A stretch of DNA of 64,000 nt from sequence record OR805294.1, one strand, 5' to 3'. Below are positions 19,601 through 29,448 of the stretch, in pieces (positions within the stretch are counted from its first letter, which is position 1; each line of letters opens with the position of its first letter). Both the position numbers and the translations under genes were made by a program. Under the pieces are notes generated by a model, which was not told the DNA's origin, ran no database searches, and was given only the letters and a program-made list of their open reading frames with translations.

Positions 19601-19840
19601 GTGAGTACTAGACGTAGTATTTTAGAAGAACTTAATAATTATGTTCCTTCTAAGAGCAAAGAAGAATTGATAGAATATAGAGCAGAACATATAATACAAT
19701 CTGCAATTCATCTAATTGAGTATATCGAATCTAATTACTCTGATGCAGACGCAGAGCAATTAGAAAAAAAATTACTTAGTAGTATCAAATACAAGGATGC
19801 TAAACGATTTAGTAAGTCAGTGAGAAAACTTAAGGAATAA
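19601..19840 (+). CDS. Conserved hypothetical protein
   Basis: GTG start, SD AGGGG, GATAAATA at 19572. Confidence 0.65.
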   Translation: MSTRRSILEELNNYVPSKSKEELIEYRAEHIIQSAIHLIEYIESNYSDADAEQLEKKLLSSIKYKDAKRFSKSVRKLKE

Positions 19841-19842
19841 TA

Positions 19843-20454
19843 ATGAAAAAAGTATTCGAAGCTAGTACATTTGACGATTTCATTGGGTTAAACAGTCCGG
19901 TAGCACAACAGAGCAGCTATATGCATGAAGCACCGGATGTATCTGATGCAGAATCTTCTTCTAAAAAGAAGATAGCTTCTAAACAACCTAATAAAAAAGC
20001 GCCTACTAAACGTACTACTAAAGAAGTCGTTAAACAATTTGTTAAAAAAGCAAGTGAAGATAATGCAAAAGTAGGTCCAGAAAAAAAAGAAACTGATCCA
20101 GAATATGTAAAGCAGTTTCTTATAGGTTTAGGATATCCGGAAGAGCAGGTGCAAGATATAATTCAAGGTAAATTAAAAGTCCAAACAAAAATACCTGAAA
20201 TTATTCCAGATACACAAAAACTAGAAACAAAACCTGAACAACCTAAACAAACACAACGACCAGCGACCACCCGCGCTCCCGAGCCAAGACCTGACATAGC
20301 AGGCGAACTTAACTCCTACACTAAAGCTAATACATTTGAATTGACTCCAGAACAACAGGAAGACATGGAGCGTATTCAAAGATTTGTAACATCAGGTGTG
20401 TTAAATAAAAGACAACTTCTTACGCTAATACGAGAATTAGAAAACGATGACTAA
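19843..20454 (+). CDS. Hypothetical low-complexity protein
   Basis: 203-aa K/E/P/T-rich ORF. Confidence 0.6.
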   Translation: MKKVFEASTFDDFIGLNSPVAQQSSYMHEAPDVSDAESSSKKKIASKQPNKKAPTKRTTKEVVKQFVKKASEDNAKVGPEKKETDPEYVKQFLIGLGYPEEQVQDIIQGKLKVQTKIPEIIPDTQKLETKPEQPKQTQRPATTRAPEPRPDIAGELNSYTKANTFELTPEQQEDMERIQRFVTSGVLNKRQLLTLIRELENDD

Positions 20455-21646
20455 TAAAACTTTTAAAAGATTTTTATCTACAGAAAAATCTAAACAGGAA
20501 TTAAAAGATCTAAACCGTCTCTATGAATCTGTGCGTAACGATATTTCGGAGTTTACTACAATCATAGAGGCATTTATTTCTCCGGGAGAAATAGTAAATA
20601 TATTCAACATTGCTTCTAAGAAAAGAGGATCTGGTAAAGGATTTTTAGGATCCTTTACCTCTGATAACAGAAGTGCATCAAATGCTGCCAATCAAGTTAA
20701 ACAGCGAATAGAGCCCGTAATAGACCAAATATATGATCAGGCAGAACAAACTGAAATATCACATGAAGTTCAGTCAGATGATAAAGAAACTGCCGAAGAA
20801 GCTCAGCGTAAACTTAATAAACAGGCAATAAAAGATAAAGTAGATATAAAGACTGCATTATCTGGCCAAAGACGAGCAGCAGATGTTAATAAAATGGTAG
20901 ATTATTTAATGAGACAGCTATCTAATTCTGCCGCCGCTGCATTTATATCATCTACTTTATCTGCCGCCGCAGAATCTGCTAAAAAAGGAACAGTAGCAAA
21001 CGAAATATTTGCGATGTTATCATTTGCATTAGATAAAGTCAATAAAGAATTAGATGATACTTCCTCTACAAATGAATCTATTATAAACGAAGGACCATTG
21101 GATTTTTTATCGAGGGCTTGGTCTAGAGTCACAGACACTATCGGCAATTCAAATGTAGGACAAAATGCATCTAATAAGCTAGATGTATTAAAGGGACAAT
21201 TAGGTCTAAATGGCGGTCGCGGCGAAGTTGATGCAGATATACTAAAACGAGTATGGAAGAATAAATATCACGGTTCTACTGATAGTGCAGATATAGAGCA
21301 AATTCTCAAAGATTTTAAATTTAGTGATAGAGAAATCAAAAATATATTCAAAGAAGCAGGAATTACAAAAGAAGAAGATTATAACGAAGAATTGGTTAGG
21401 GTAGCATCTCTTATTAAGAAAGCAGGGTTGCGAGCGCCCGTACTATCATGGCTAAAAAGAAACCAATCTAGATTGTATAAACTTCTTCCTGAAAGTATCG
21501 AATCTCCTATAATGGAAAAGTCTACTTTATCTGACAAAGATGTTTTAGATATTATTACTCAATTAACTTCTGAGACTGAACACCGAGATACCAATGAACT
21601 CGATCCAGATAATGAATCTAAACGGTTAAATAGAAAACATCGGTAA
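20447..21646 (+). CDS. Hypothetical protein, possible head-internal protein
   Basis: 399-aa helical ORF with several I/L-x-E motifs. Confidence 0.6.
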   Translation: MTNKTFKRFLSTEKSKQELKDLNRLYESVRNDISEFTTIIEAFISPGEIVNIFNIASKKRGSGKGFLGSFTSDNRSASNAANQVKQRIEPVIDQIYDQAEQTEISHEVQSDDKETAEEAQRKLNKQAIKDKVDIKTALSGQRRAADVNKMVDYLMRQLSNSAAAAFISSTLSAAAESAKKGTVANEIFAMLSFALDKVNKELDDTSSTNESIINEGPLDFLSRAWSRVTDTIGNSNVGQNASNKLDVLKGQLGLNGGRGEVDADILKRVWKNKYHGSTDSADIEQILKDFKFSDREIKNIFKEAGITKEEDYNEELVRVASLIKKAGLRAPVLSWLKRNQSRLYKLLPESIESPIMEKSTLSDKDVLDIITQLTSETEHRDTNELDPDNESKRLNRKHR

Positions 21647-21660
21647 TATTATTTTCTATA

Positions 21661-21706
21661 AAAATCCCGTTACTGCTTGACGCAATAACGGGATTTTTGC
21701 TATTAT
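21661..21706 (+). terminator. Intrinsic terminator with overlapping sigma70 promoter
   Basis: Stem AAAATCCCGTTA/TAACGGGATTTT; TTGACG at 21677-21682 at the hairpin apex; TGc-TATTAT at 21701. Confidence 0.75.
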
Positions 21707-21730
21707 AACTTCGAATAATAAGGTAATAGT

Positions 21731-23071
21731 ATGAATATTGCAGAAATACAAAAACACAAAGGGATTAAACATTTAGATAACTTAACACTCACAGAATTAG
21801 TATCATTTGTTAATTCCATGCATGAAGCTACTATAACAGAAAAAATAGACGGTTACTATTTATGTATGGGGTTAGATAATATAGGTCTATTTACATCCAG
21901 GGAAGGTAAGGGTGGAACTAGAATTTATAATATTTCTGCATTAGAAAAGACATTTAAGAATGTATACCATATAATAGCCCACACCCTGTTAGAACAAAAT
22001 AAAGACATTTTAATTAAAAGTGGATTATCAGTTGGAGATATATATGAAATTGAAGTATTATACGGGAAGATACCCAACGTAATTGAATATGACGGCATTA
22101 ATCGAATTGTGTTTTTAAGAAATTTAAACGGCAATTCGTTTGATTGTGTATCTACAGCAATGAATAACATAAGAGATTGTGTTGAGTTGTCTATACCTGT
22201 GGTAAATGACAATGGTGTAGGTTTTACTGAAGAGACGAGTATAACAGAATGGGAATTTTCTAAATTAGAAAGTATAAAACTATCTAATGTTAATCTTCAA
22301 TTAGATACAATTTTAAAAGATATAGTAGACTTTGCTAGTTCTCCTTCTAAAATAGAAGGGATGACTAATTTAAAATCAATTGAACTTAAAGTGACTAGTA
22401 GGTTAAATAGCGAGAAAGTTACTGAAGATAGCAAACAACTCATTAAAGATAATAGAGAGTATATTTTCAACAAAACAAAAGAGTTTTCTTCTAAGTTAAA
22501 AGAACGTATATTAAATGATATATCTTTAAAATCTAATTTCGGTGCTACTTTTGTAGAAGGATATGTAATACGTACACCTAGTATGCAAGTAAAAATTGTA
22601 GATAAGACTTTATTTACTGAAGTAAATGAATTTTATCATATGTACAGTAATGCACTTTGTAGATTGGCAACGAATGATAATATCTCCGGACAAACTTCTC
22701 TATTTAGTGAAACTTTTATAAAAGTAGGCAAAGTCCTCGGCAATAAAAATCTAGGCACAGTTAGGCGCAAACAAGTAAACATTGATGATAGAATTCTAAA
22801 TAATATAGATAAAAATGTAATATTAGGAATACTATCTGAATCTATAAACGAGCTAGACACTTTTACTAAATCTTATTTAAACAGATATAAAGATATGGAA
22901 AAAGTAGTATATAAATCGTATATGAAATATACATTTAGATATAACGATTCTGTTCATACAAAAACATTAGAAGCAATTTCTAATCTTAGGAATAGATTGT
23001 ATAATGCGAAAGAAATAGTTAGTAATTCTAGTTCTGTAAAAGAATTATTTAACAAGTTGGCGTCTATATAG
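21731..23071 (+). CDS. Hypothetical protein with ligase-like nucleotidyltransferase motifs
   Basis: TEKIDG (motif I-like), VEGYVIR (motif IV-like), QVKIV (motif V-like). Confidence 0.5.
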   Translation: MNIAEIQKHKGIKHLDNLTLTELVSFVNSMHEATITEKIDGYYLCMGLDNIGLFTSREGKGGTRIYNISALEKTFKNVYHIIAHTLLEQNKDILIKSGLSVGDIYEIEVLYGKIPNVIEYDGINRIVFLRNLNGNSFDCVSTAMNNIRDCVELSIPVVNDNGVGFTEETSITEWEFSKLESIKLSNVNLQLDTILKDIVDFASSPSKIEGMTNLKSIELKVTSRLNSEKVTEDSKQLIKDNREYIFNKTKEFSSKLKERILNDISLKSNFGATFVEGYVIRTPSMQVKIVDKTLFTEVNEFYHMYSNALCRLATNDNISGQTSLFSETFIKVGKVLGNKNLGTVRRKQVNIDDRILNNIDKNVILGILSESINELDTFTKSYLNRYKDMEKVVYKSYMKYTFRYNDSVHTKTLEAISNLRNRLYNAKEIVSNSSSVKELFNKLASI

Positions 23072-24091
23072 ATGGCACATTTAAGTAAAACTCAACTATT
23101 AAAAAGAAATAATTGGGATATATTTCTTAATAAAATAGAAAATAGAGAGTATTTTACACTAGTAAATGGTAGTAAAATAAAATTAGGATATAAGTCTACT
23201 GTAGCTAATTCTAAATTTGTTAAATTTTTACGTTCTTCAGGTTTAGAGAAGTCGCTAGAATCGTTAAAAGATGGGAATAAAATTGTATTCCCGTCCGGTA
23301 GCGATACTGTAGCCCTTTCTGAAATATTAAAATCTAGTGAATTTGGCGGAAAACCCGGAAGCAAACAGTTATTAGAAAGGCAAGAGCATTCCTTTGTATC
23401 TATAATAAATAATGAAACAAGTAGTTGCCCTGTCACTATTAATGCTAATTTAAAAATAGAAAATGTTACAAATGCATATAAATATAGTGGGAGAAACAGT
23501 TTAGGAAAAGAACCGTACACTGATGTTGTTCTTAATACAGTTAACGGAGCGTGCTACAATATAAGTATGAAAGGTGTTACGTCACCGTCTATAGCAGGTG
23601 GTGGCCTAGCAGGCATAAACGTAATAGCACCCGGATTTATGAACGAACCGTTGCAATGTGCTATAGAATACTTTAAAAACAAAGGATATAAACAGGGTCA
23701 CGAATTTTCTAAAAATGACCCAGCGGATGTATTTTATAAAATTCCAGTTTCTGTTGCTACTAAGATAGTAAAAGGTACAAAAGAAATGGGAGGACCCATA
23801 GATTATCTATACATAGGTCCCATGGATGTAAAATATTCTGTTACAGATAATGTAATTACATTTAATGGTAAATTTTTAACTGTTTCTGATTTAATAAATT
23901 CGGAAGAATTATATATTAGGATTAGGCGACGGTCAAATGACCAGACACTAACATATATTGATGTAGATACATTTGGATATCCTAGCTTATTTACTAGTCA
24001 ATCCGAGCCTAACAGACGGATAGAAGTTTATAAGAAATCCCAAATGCCAAGGAACGCAACAATAATTAATAAGGGTTTACAATGCGATTAG
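23072..24091 (+). CDS. Putative PD-(D/E)xK nuclease-fold protein
   Basis: KSSEFGG, ERQE, YTDVVL...NISMKG. Confidence 0.4.
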   Translation: MAHLSKTQLLKRNNWDIFLNKIENREYFTLVNGSKIKLGYKSTVANSKFVKFLRSSGLEKSLESLKDGNKIVFPSGSDTVALSEILKSSEFGGKPGSKQLLERQEHSFVSIINNETSSCPVTINANLKIENVTNAYKYSGRNSLGKEPYTDVVLNTVNGACYNISMKGVTSPSIAGGGLAGINVIAPGFMNEPLQCAIEYFKNKGYKQGHEFSKNDPADVFYKIPVSVATKIVKGTKEMGGPIDYLYIGPMDVKYSVTDNVITFNGKFLTVSDLINSEELYIRIRRRSNDQTLTYIDVDTFGYPSLFTSQSEPNRRIEVYKKSQMPRNATIINKGLQCD

Positions 24092-24327
24092 ATGAAATAC
24101 AAAGTAAAACTCCTGTATCCGATATTACTAAGGATATAGCTTTCGATAAGAGTTTATATCAAAAGGTCATTAAAATAATTAATAAGAGAATTAAATTAGG
24201 CGACCTCGGCGCAGGCGCAGCGAAGCGATCTGTAATAAAACGTTGGAAAACAGGCGATCGCATTGCGCAAGGTTATAATGCAGATTTGAGCAAAATAAAT
24301 CTATCAATATCGGACGTATTAAAATAA
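24082..24327 (+). CDS. Small hypothetical protein
   Basis: 81-aa ORF coupled to neighbours. Confidence 0.55.
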   Translation: MRLDEIQSKTPVSDITKDIAFDKSLYQKVIKIINKRIKLGDLGAGAAKRSVIKRWKTGDRIAQGYNADLSKINLSISDVLK

Positions 24328-25040
24328 TGAGCGGAAATGCATTTGGTCAATTAGAACCAGTGAGCTTATCGGTATTACCAGATATAGTGTTGTCGTTAGA
24401 AAGTATTCTTAGTTTATCTTTATCGAATAACTATTTAGGATCTACTGGAAAATTTCCAGTAACAGGTGATATAGATTTAGCAATAGATAAAGATTATATA
24501 ACGTTATCTGATTTTAAATCTTTATTATTATCTTCGTTTGGTCAAGAAAATGTAATCCAACATGGCGGACAGCCATCTTTCTCTGTTAAATATCAGCACA
24601 CCGATACTAAATATTATCAGGTAGATTTTATGCACGGGGAAGTTAATTGGCTAAAATTATATTATTTTAGAGATGAAAACTCAGCATACAAAGGATCTCA
24701 TAGAAATTTAGCAATTTCTGGAATTTTCCAAACACAATTCTTGGATCCCACTACTGAATATGTTTCTAGATATATATGGTCGCCTGTTAGGGGTATGGTA
24801 CGAATAAATCGATATTACGATACATCTATACCTGACGTTACTATATCGCAAACTACTCATCCTACTTTAATAAAATATGTACTAGGGGCTAATATAAATT
24901 CTTTAGAGGATTTATATAATTTTATTCCGTATTATGAAGGAGATCCAGAAGCGACGTATTCTGCTATAGCAAATAATTTTAAAAATGCTAATATAGTGGA
25001 CGGTTTTGTATTTCCTACAGAAATACAAAAATATATTTAG
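24327..25040 (+). CDS. Pol-beta-superfamily nucleotidyltransferase
   Basis: LGSTGK...GDIDLAID signature and third acidic residue in YQVDFM. Confidence 0.7.
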   Translation: MSGNAFGQLEPVSLSVLPDIVLSLESILSLSLSNNYLGSTGKFPVTGDIDLAIDKDYITLSDFKSLLLSSFGQENVIQHGGQPSFSVKYQHTDTKYYQVDFMHGEVNWLKLYYFRDENSAYKGSHRNLAISGIFQTQFLDPTTEYVSRYIWSPVRGMVRINRYYDTSIPDVTISQTTHPTLIKYVLGANINSLEDLYNFIPYYEGDPEATYSAIANNFKNANIVDGFVFPTEIQKYI

Positions 25041-25047
25041 GATTTTT

Positions 25048-25479
25048 ATGTCTAGTTATCAATCACGTTTTGACAAAATTATGTCGTCTATAGACAATAC
25101 AACTAATATAAAAGTAGACTGGGATGACATAAAAAACAATGGAACTCAAGCAGAATTTCATAGAAAGCACAAAGGTGAAGTTATATTTGGGTACAACTTT
25201 GGCGGAAAATTTTACTATAAACACGGCAATGTAATTAAGTCACTTCCGTATCCCGGTCTAGAAGAGAGTGTATCTTTGCAAGAAAGTAGACCTACTAGAT
25301 TAATAGACCTTATTTCTAGTATAGGAAAGTGTGATTTTATAAAAGATATAGTTTCTATAAAATCTACAGCCAACGGCATAGTTGCGTTAGTTAGTACAAC
25401 GGATGGAAATGCATATGAAATAACTCTTATTCCGGCAGAATACTCTACAAAATTTCCGGAAAAAACTAATAAACAATAG
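25048..25479 (+). CDS. Hypothetical protein
   Basis: The track start at 25006 overlaps the previous gene; ATG 25048 follows AGGA. Confidence 0.55.
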   Translation: MSSYQSRFDKIMSSIDNTTNIKVDWDDIKNNGTQAEFHRKHKGEVIFGYNFGGKFYYKHGNVIKSLPYPGLEESVSLQESRPTRLIDLISSIGKCDFIKDIVSIKSTANGIVALVSTTDGNAYEITLIPAEYSTKFPEKTNKQ

Positions 25480-25545
25480 AAAAAGATAAATAACTATAGC
25501 TACAAAGGAAACTTTGTATAAATTAATTAATGGAGAATATTTAAC

Positions 25546-25848
25546 ATGGTACAAAAAGTACATGGCGGCATCTTAGCAGGTACTAACTTAACTGGTCATC
25601 TGCAATATCTAAAAATCGAAGTTGCTAGCGTTGACGTAAACCCGCAATTACCTAACAGCGTAGCAGAACAAGTATATCGCACTGTTTCTTTAAAATCGAC
25701 TCTAGTTATTATAGAATTCGATGCCGGTGTAATGCATGTTGCTGTAGAAAATGCTGGCGACGGCTGGACCAAGGCAGACCTAGAAGCTGCATTAACTGCT
25801 GCTGGTTTGACTGGTACTGTTACTGTAGGTAAGTTTACTGTAGTTTAA
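25546..25848 (+). CDS. Small late protein, probable virion component
   Basis: GATAAATA at 25485, SD GGAG, N-terminus MVQKVHG. Confidence 0.6.
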   Translation: MVQKVHGGILAGTNLTGHLQYLKIEVASVDVNPQLPNSVAEQVYRTVSLKSTLVIIEFDAGVMHVAVENAGDGWTKADLEAALTAAGLTGTVTVGKFTVV

Positions 25849-25871
25849 TATAGTTAACTTAAATGAAACTT

Positions 25872-25894
25872 GAAAGGGCTTAATAAGCCCTTTC
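25872..25894 (+). terminator. Probable terminator
   Basis: GAAAGGGCTTA-A-TAAGCCCTTTC inverted repeat. Confidence 0.6.
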
Positions 25895-25966
25895 TTGTTC
25901 TTAGTGTGTAGAAAAAACTTTACATATGCGATAAATACCTATATAATATGTGTATAGGTAATAGCA

Positions 25967-26431
25967 ATGACACAAAAAATTCATGGTACTAGTAGTGCCC
26001 AACAAAATCTAACTGCCGATGTACCCTATTTTATTGTATATGCGCAATCCGATAAGGCATATACTGATCCCGAAAACGCAGAAGGGATAAACATCTTAGT
26101 AACAAATAATATACATGATATAAGCCAAAAGAATTTCGAAATACTTCTTCAAAGTATAGGTCTCAGAGCTATGCCAGTTATAATGAATAATCCTGTTCCT
26201 GTTGCTAATTTAGCTGCATATGGTGCCCCTACATTAATTGGCGAAGGATTTGTATGGAAATTCGCATGTGAAATGCCGGAAGTGTTTACTAATTATAACC
26301 CATATGGTACACCCGGAACAACTGGGTTATTAGTAGACGAACTAGATGGCATTATATTGCCGTCAGGTACCATTATAAGAACATATGGGTCGGGTTTAAA
26401 CATAGAATTTGTGAGATCTTCATTAATATGA
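25967..26431 (+). CDS. Late protein, probable paralogue of 25546-25848
   Basis: GATAAATA at 25930, N-terminus MTQKIHG. Confidence 0.6.
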   Translation: MTQKIHGTSSAQQNLTADVPYFIVYAQSDKAYTDPENAEGINILVTNNIHDISQKNFEILLQSIGLRAMPVIMNNPVPVANLAAYGAPTLIGEGFVWKFACEMPEVFTNYNPYGTPGTTGLLVDELDGIILPSGTIIRTYGSGLNIEFVRSSLI

Positions 26432-27054
26432 ATAAAATAAAATTAGAACAAATATTAAAAGAACAATTTGGTTTAAACGAACTAGAATTACGTTCATTTA
26501 TGAAATATATTTCATTTAAGGATTTTGTGGCATTAACTGAGAGTCAAGACCACATAGATTCTGACATTATAAAACATATAGTAGAATCATTAGATAATAG
26601 TTATTCTGCTGTAAGGGATACTTCAATTGCACCAAGTCAACAACAAAAAATTACTGCTGCTGATTTAACTAATTTAAAAGATACTCCTAATTTTAAGAAA
26701 TTAAAAACTGGTGATAAACTTACAATTGCCAATCCCGAATCCGGAAATCCTAAAGATGTAACAGTAAAAAATAAAACAATAGCAGGCAATACTATTACTA
26801 TTAATACTTCCGACGGCGGTTCGATTGTTCAATCGGGCGATAGTATAATTCCGGTTACTCCTAACATGTCTGCAGACGATGCAACAAAAGAAATCGATCG
26901 TATAAAAAAATTAGCCGGTATATCTAATGATTCGGCTGTAGATGAATCATCATTTATGTCATCTGCTGCTATAAGTGGTGTAGTAACTCCATTAGGTGAA
27001 ATAAAACGTAGACATAAGAAACCTAAAAAGCCCGGTCCCAAACCAAAAAAGTAA
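26428..27054 (+). CDS. Hypothetical late protein
   Basis: 208-aa ORF with basic C-terminal tail. Confidence 0.6.
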   Translation: MNKIKLEQILKEQFGLNELELRSFMKYISFKDFVALTESQDHIDSDIIKHIVESLDNSYSAVRDTSIAPSQQQKITAADLTNLKDTPNFKKLKTGDKLTIANPESGNPKDVTVKNKTIAGNTITINTSDGGSIVQSGDSIIPVTPNMSADDATKEIDRIKKLAGISNDSAVDESSFMSSAAISGVVTPLGEIKRRHKKPKKPGPKPKK

Positions 27055-27055
27055 T

Positions 27056-27511
27056 ATGCCTAAAAAAATAAACAAAAAGAAAATATTAGAGACATTTGAT
27101 GAAGTAATATCATCTACTATACTATCATTAAATGAAGATGAGTTAGAATTATTAGCAGATAAAAAGAATGAATCTGTATATGGTAGTTATGTAATTAAAT
27201 ATAAAAATGATAAGTGGATAATAGTTAATTCCGATACAGCAAGAAAAGAAAACATTTCTTTTAACTTATACAGTACGGCATACTGCTATGCTATGTGTAT
27301 GGAAAAGAATTTAATAAACGGAAAAAGAAAAGTTCTAAATTGGGAATCTAGTTACACAAAACATTTAAATGATATAGTTCATTATTCGTATTCTAAACGA
27401 TTTGCTAATTTAGAAGATACTTGTATGTATGATGACAGAATTTCTGTTGCTAAACACAACATAGTTAAGCTAAAGCGCGCAATTAGATCCTTTAGGTTAT
27501 CTAATAAATAA
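27056..27511 (+). CDS. Hypothetical protein
   Basis: 151-aa ORF. Confidence 0.6.
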   Translation: MPKKINKKKILETFDEVISSTILSLNEDELELLADKKNESVYGSYVIKYKNDKWIIVNSDTARKENISFNLYSTAYCYAMCMEKNLINGKRKVLNWESSYTKHLNDIVHYSYSKRFANLEDTCMYDDRISVAKHNIVKLKRAIRSFRLSNK

Positions 27512-27547
27512 TGATAAATATATACAAAATTATAAGGTAATTTAGCT

Positions 27548-28735
27548 ATGTTTTTGAAAGACGTTAAAATTACAGAATCAAAAAAATTTAAGAAAATAAA
27601 TTCGATGTTAAAATCGAGTTACGGTGTATCATTATCTGAGTCGGCGTCTGTCGAAGAACTAGAAAAACTCAAAGAATCTGTTGTAAAATCAATTATTAAT
27701 AATAGAATCAATAATATTTCTGCATCGTCACCCGAGCATGCTAAATGCATTTTAATGAAAGAAGGCATTGATACTTTGTTAGAAATGCATAGATCAGTAG
27801 ATGGTAGGGTAGATTCGGCATCATATAATAATGTATTATCTACTCTATTTAAAGATGCAGTAAATTTATTAAAACAAGGCGATGACATAGACGATGCTAT
27901 GAGATCCACATTAAATTCGTATCGTTCTAGTTCATACAGATTTAAAGACGACGATATAGCATTAGATTTAAGAGCTAGATTAGAACATTATTTAAATTCT
28001 AACTCAGATGATACTATGTTAACTGATTCGTATGATTGGTCAACTGTATCGCAATCTCAACGAGATGCAGCAAACGAATTATTGAAACAAAAAGGAAGTA
28101 AATTGGCTGATTTAGAATTAGAGCCATACGGCGACCGAGCAGACTTTGAACGCCATGGTCGTGAAATATACAAACATCCCAGCCTAACTAAAGGTATTTC
28201 AGTGAAAGAATCTAGAAAATTAAATGAAAACGAAGTAGAACAAGCAGAAGTAGTTATTGCTGCTAAAGGTTTCGGTCAAGAACTGCAAACTATGGTAGAA
28301 AAGTTAGGCAGACTTATGAACGAAGACTTAGGTGCAGTATCTGATCAAATGCGTCAAACTTACGGCGCCGCTACAGCAAATAGATTCCAGTCAGAATTAC
28401 TTGCTGATTTCAATAGTATAGTAGACACCTTACGCAGTACAAAAGACCGCATCGATAATGCAGTAGATATGCTTTCTACTGGAAGTACATATACCGATAT
28501 GGATGGAATAGAAACTGCTGGCACTGATGTCGATATGGATGATCAACTAGAAATAGGCGACGATTTAGGACTGGGAATAGAGGATAATTTCGGTGCAGCC
28601 GACACTGAAGAACCGTTAGGTCGTTCCATGAAAGAATCTAACTCAACAAGAAGTAATAAACTAAAAAAATTATCTGAAAGTTTAGTTTCATTACAGGCAT
28701 CTATAGATAAATTGAAATCTTCTAGGAAACAATAA
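27548..28735 (+). CDS. Acidic late protein, possible head scaffold/core protein
   Basis: GATAAATA at 27513, coiled-coil and D/E-rich segments, multiple I/L-x-E sites. Confidence 0.55.
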   Translation: MFLKDVKITESKKFKKINSMLKSSYGVSLSESASVEELEKLKESVVKSIINNRINNISASSPEHAKCILMKEGIDTLLEMHRSVDGRVDSASYNNVLSTLFKDAVNLLKQGDDIDDAMRSTLNSYRSSSYRFKDDDIALDLRARLEHYLNSNSDDTMLTDSYDWSTVSQSQRDAANELLKQKGSKLADLELEPYGDRADFERHGREIYKHPSLTKGISVKESRKLNENEVEQAEVVIAAKGFGQELQTMVEKLGRLMNEDLGAVSDQMRQTYGAATANRFQSELLADFNSIVDTLRSTKDRIDNAVDMLSTGSTYTDMDGIETAGTDVDMDDQLEIGDDLGLGIEDNFGAADTEEPLGRSMKESNSTRSNKLKKLSESLVSLQASIDKLKSSRKQ

Positions 28736-29050
28736 GTGAAGATTAAAGATATATTAGTCGAATCAGACGAATATGTAGATAGACTAGAAAGTTCTTTGTT
28801 TGATATTATAACGGCAGCAAAAGCTGCCGGTTTGTCCACTATTAGTACAAAAAGGGTAACAGACAAATTAATTTCTATGGGTTATTCTGTTACACCTGAT
28901 CAAGTTGTTTCTCAATTAGAAAATGTACCCGGCATTACTAGTGTAAATGGGCAAGTCATAACAATAGGTAACACAACAGATATTACTGACAAAGAAGATG
29001 ATAAGTTTTCTAAAGAAGTATCTAAATTAGCTATGCAGGATCTAAAATAA
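28736..29050 (+). CDS. Hypothetical late protein
   Basis: GTG start, MKIKDILVE N-terminus. Confidence 0.6.
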   Translation: MKIKDILVESDEYVDRLESSLFDIITAAKAAGLSTISTKRVTDKLISMGYSVTPDQVVSQLENVPGITSVNGQVITIGNTTDITDKEDDKFSKEVSKLAMQDLK

Positions 29051-29385
29051 TGAGTTGTGGATCTGGATTTATACGTGCTGAAGATGCAAGGATAATGAGT
29101 AGAGATAATAAAACTATCTTTACAGAAATATGCGGAATTCAGCAAGCAATACTAACAGCAATAGACATGAAGCAACTAAGCGTCTATGTTAAATCAGGTA
29201 CACCTATAACTAATGACACACTCGATGAAGATTACTATAAAGTATTTATGAAACAAAAAACAGATAGGGCTATCACTGATCAGTTCGAATTCATAACACA
29301 ATACTTTACTGATTTGGGATATGTAATCAAACTTCAGTTAAATCCTAACACTCAATCTAGCCTTCAGTGGTATATTACTTGGTAA
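29050..29385 (+). CDS. Hypothetical late protein
   Basis: 111-aa ORF. Confidence 0.6.
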   Translation: MSCGSGFIRAEDARIMSRDNKTIFTEICGIQQAILTAIDMKQLSVYVKSGTPITNDTLDEDYYKVFMKQKTDRAITDQFEFITQYFTDLGYVIKLQLNPNTQSSLQWYITW

Positions 29386-29412
29386 TATACCACTAATTTT
29401 CATTGTCTGTTC

Positions 29413-29441
29413 TTGACATATTTATAGCCTTATATTACAAT
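29413..29441 (+). promoter_or_regulatory. Sigma70 promoter
   Basis: TTGACA-17 bp-TACAAT. Confidence 0.85.
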
Positions 29442-29448
29442 ACAGGCT

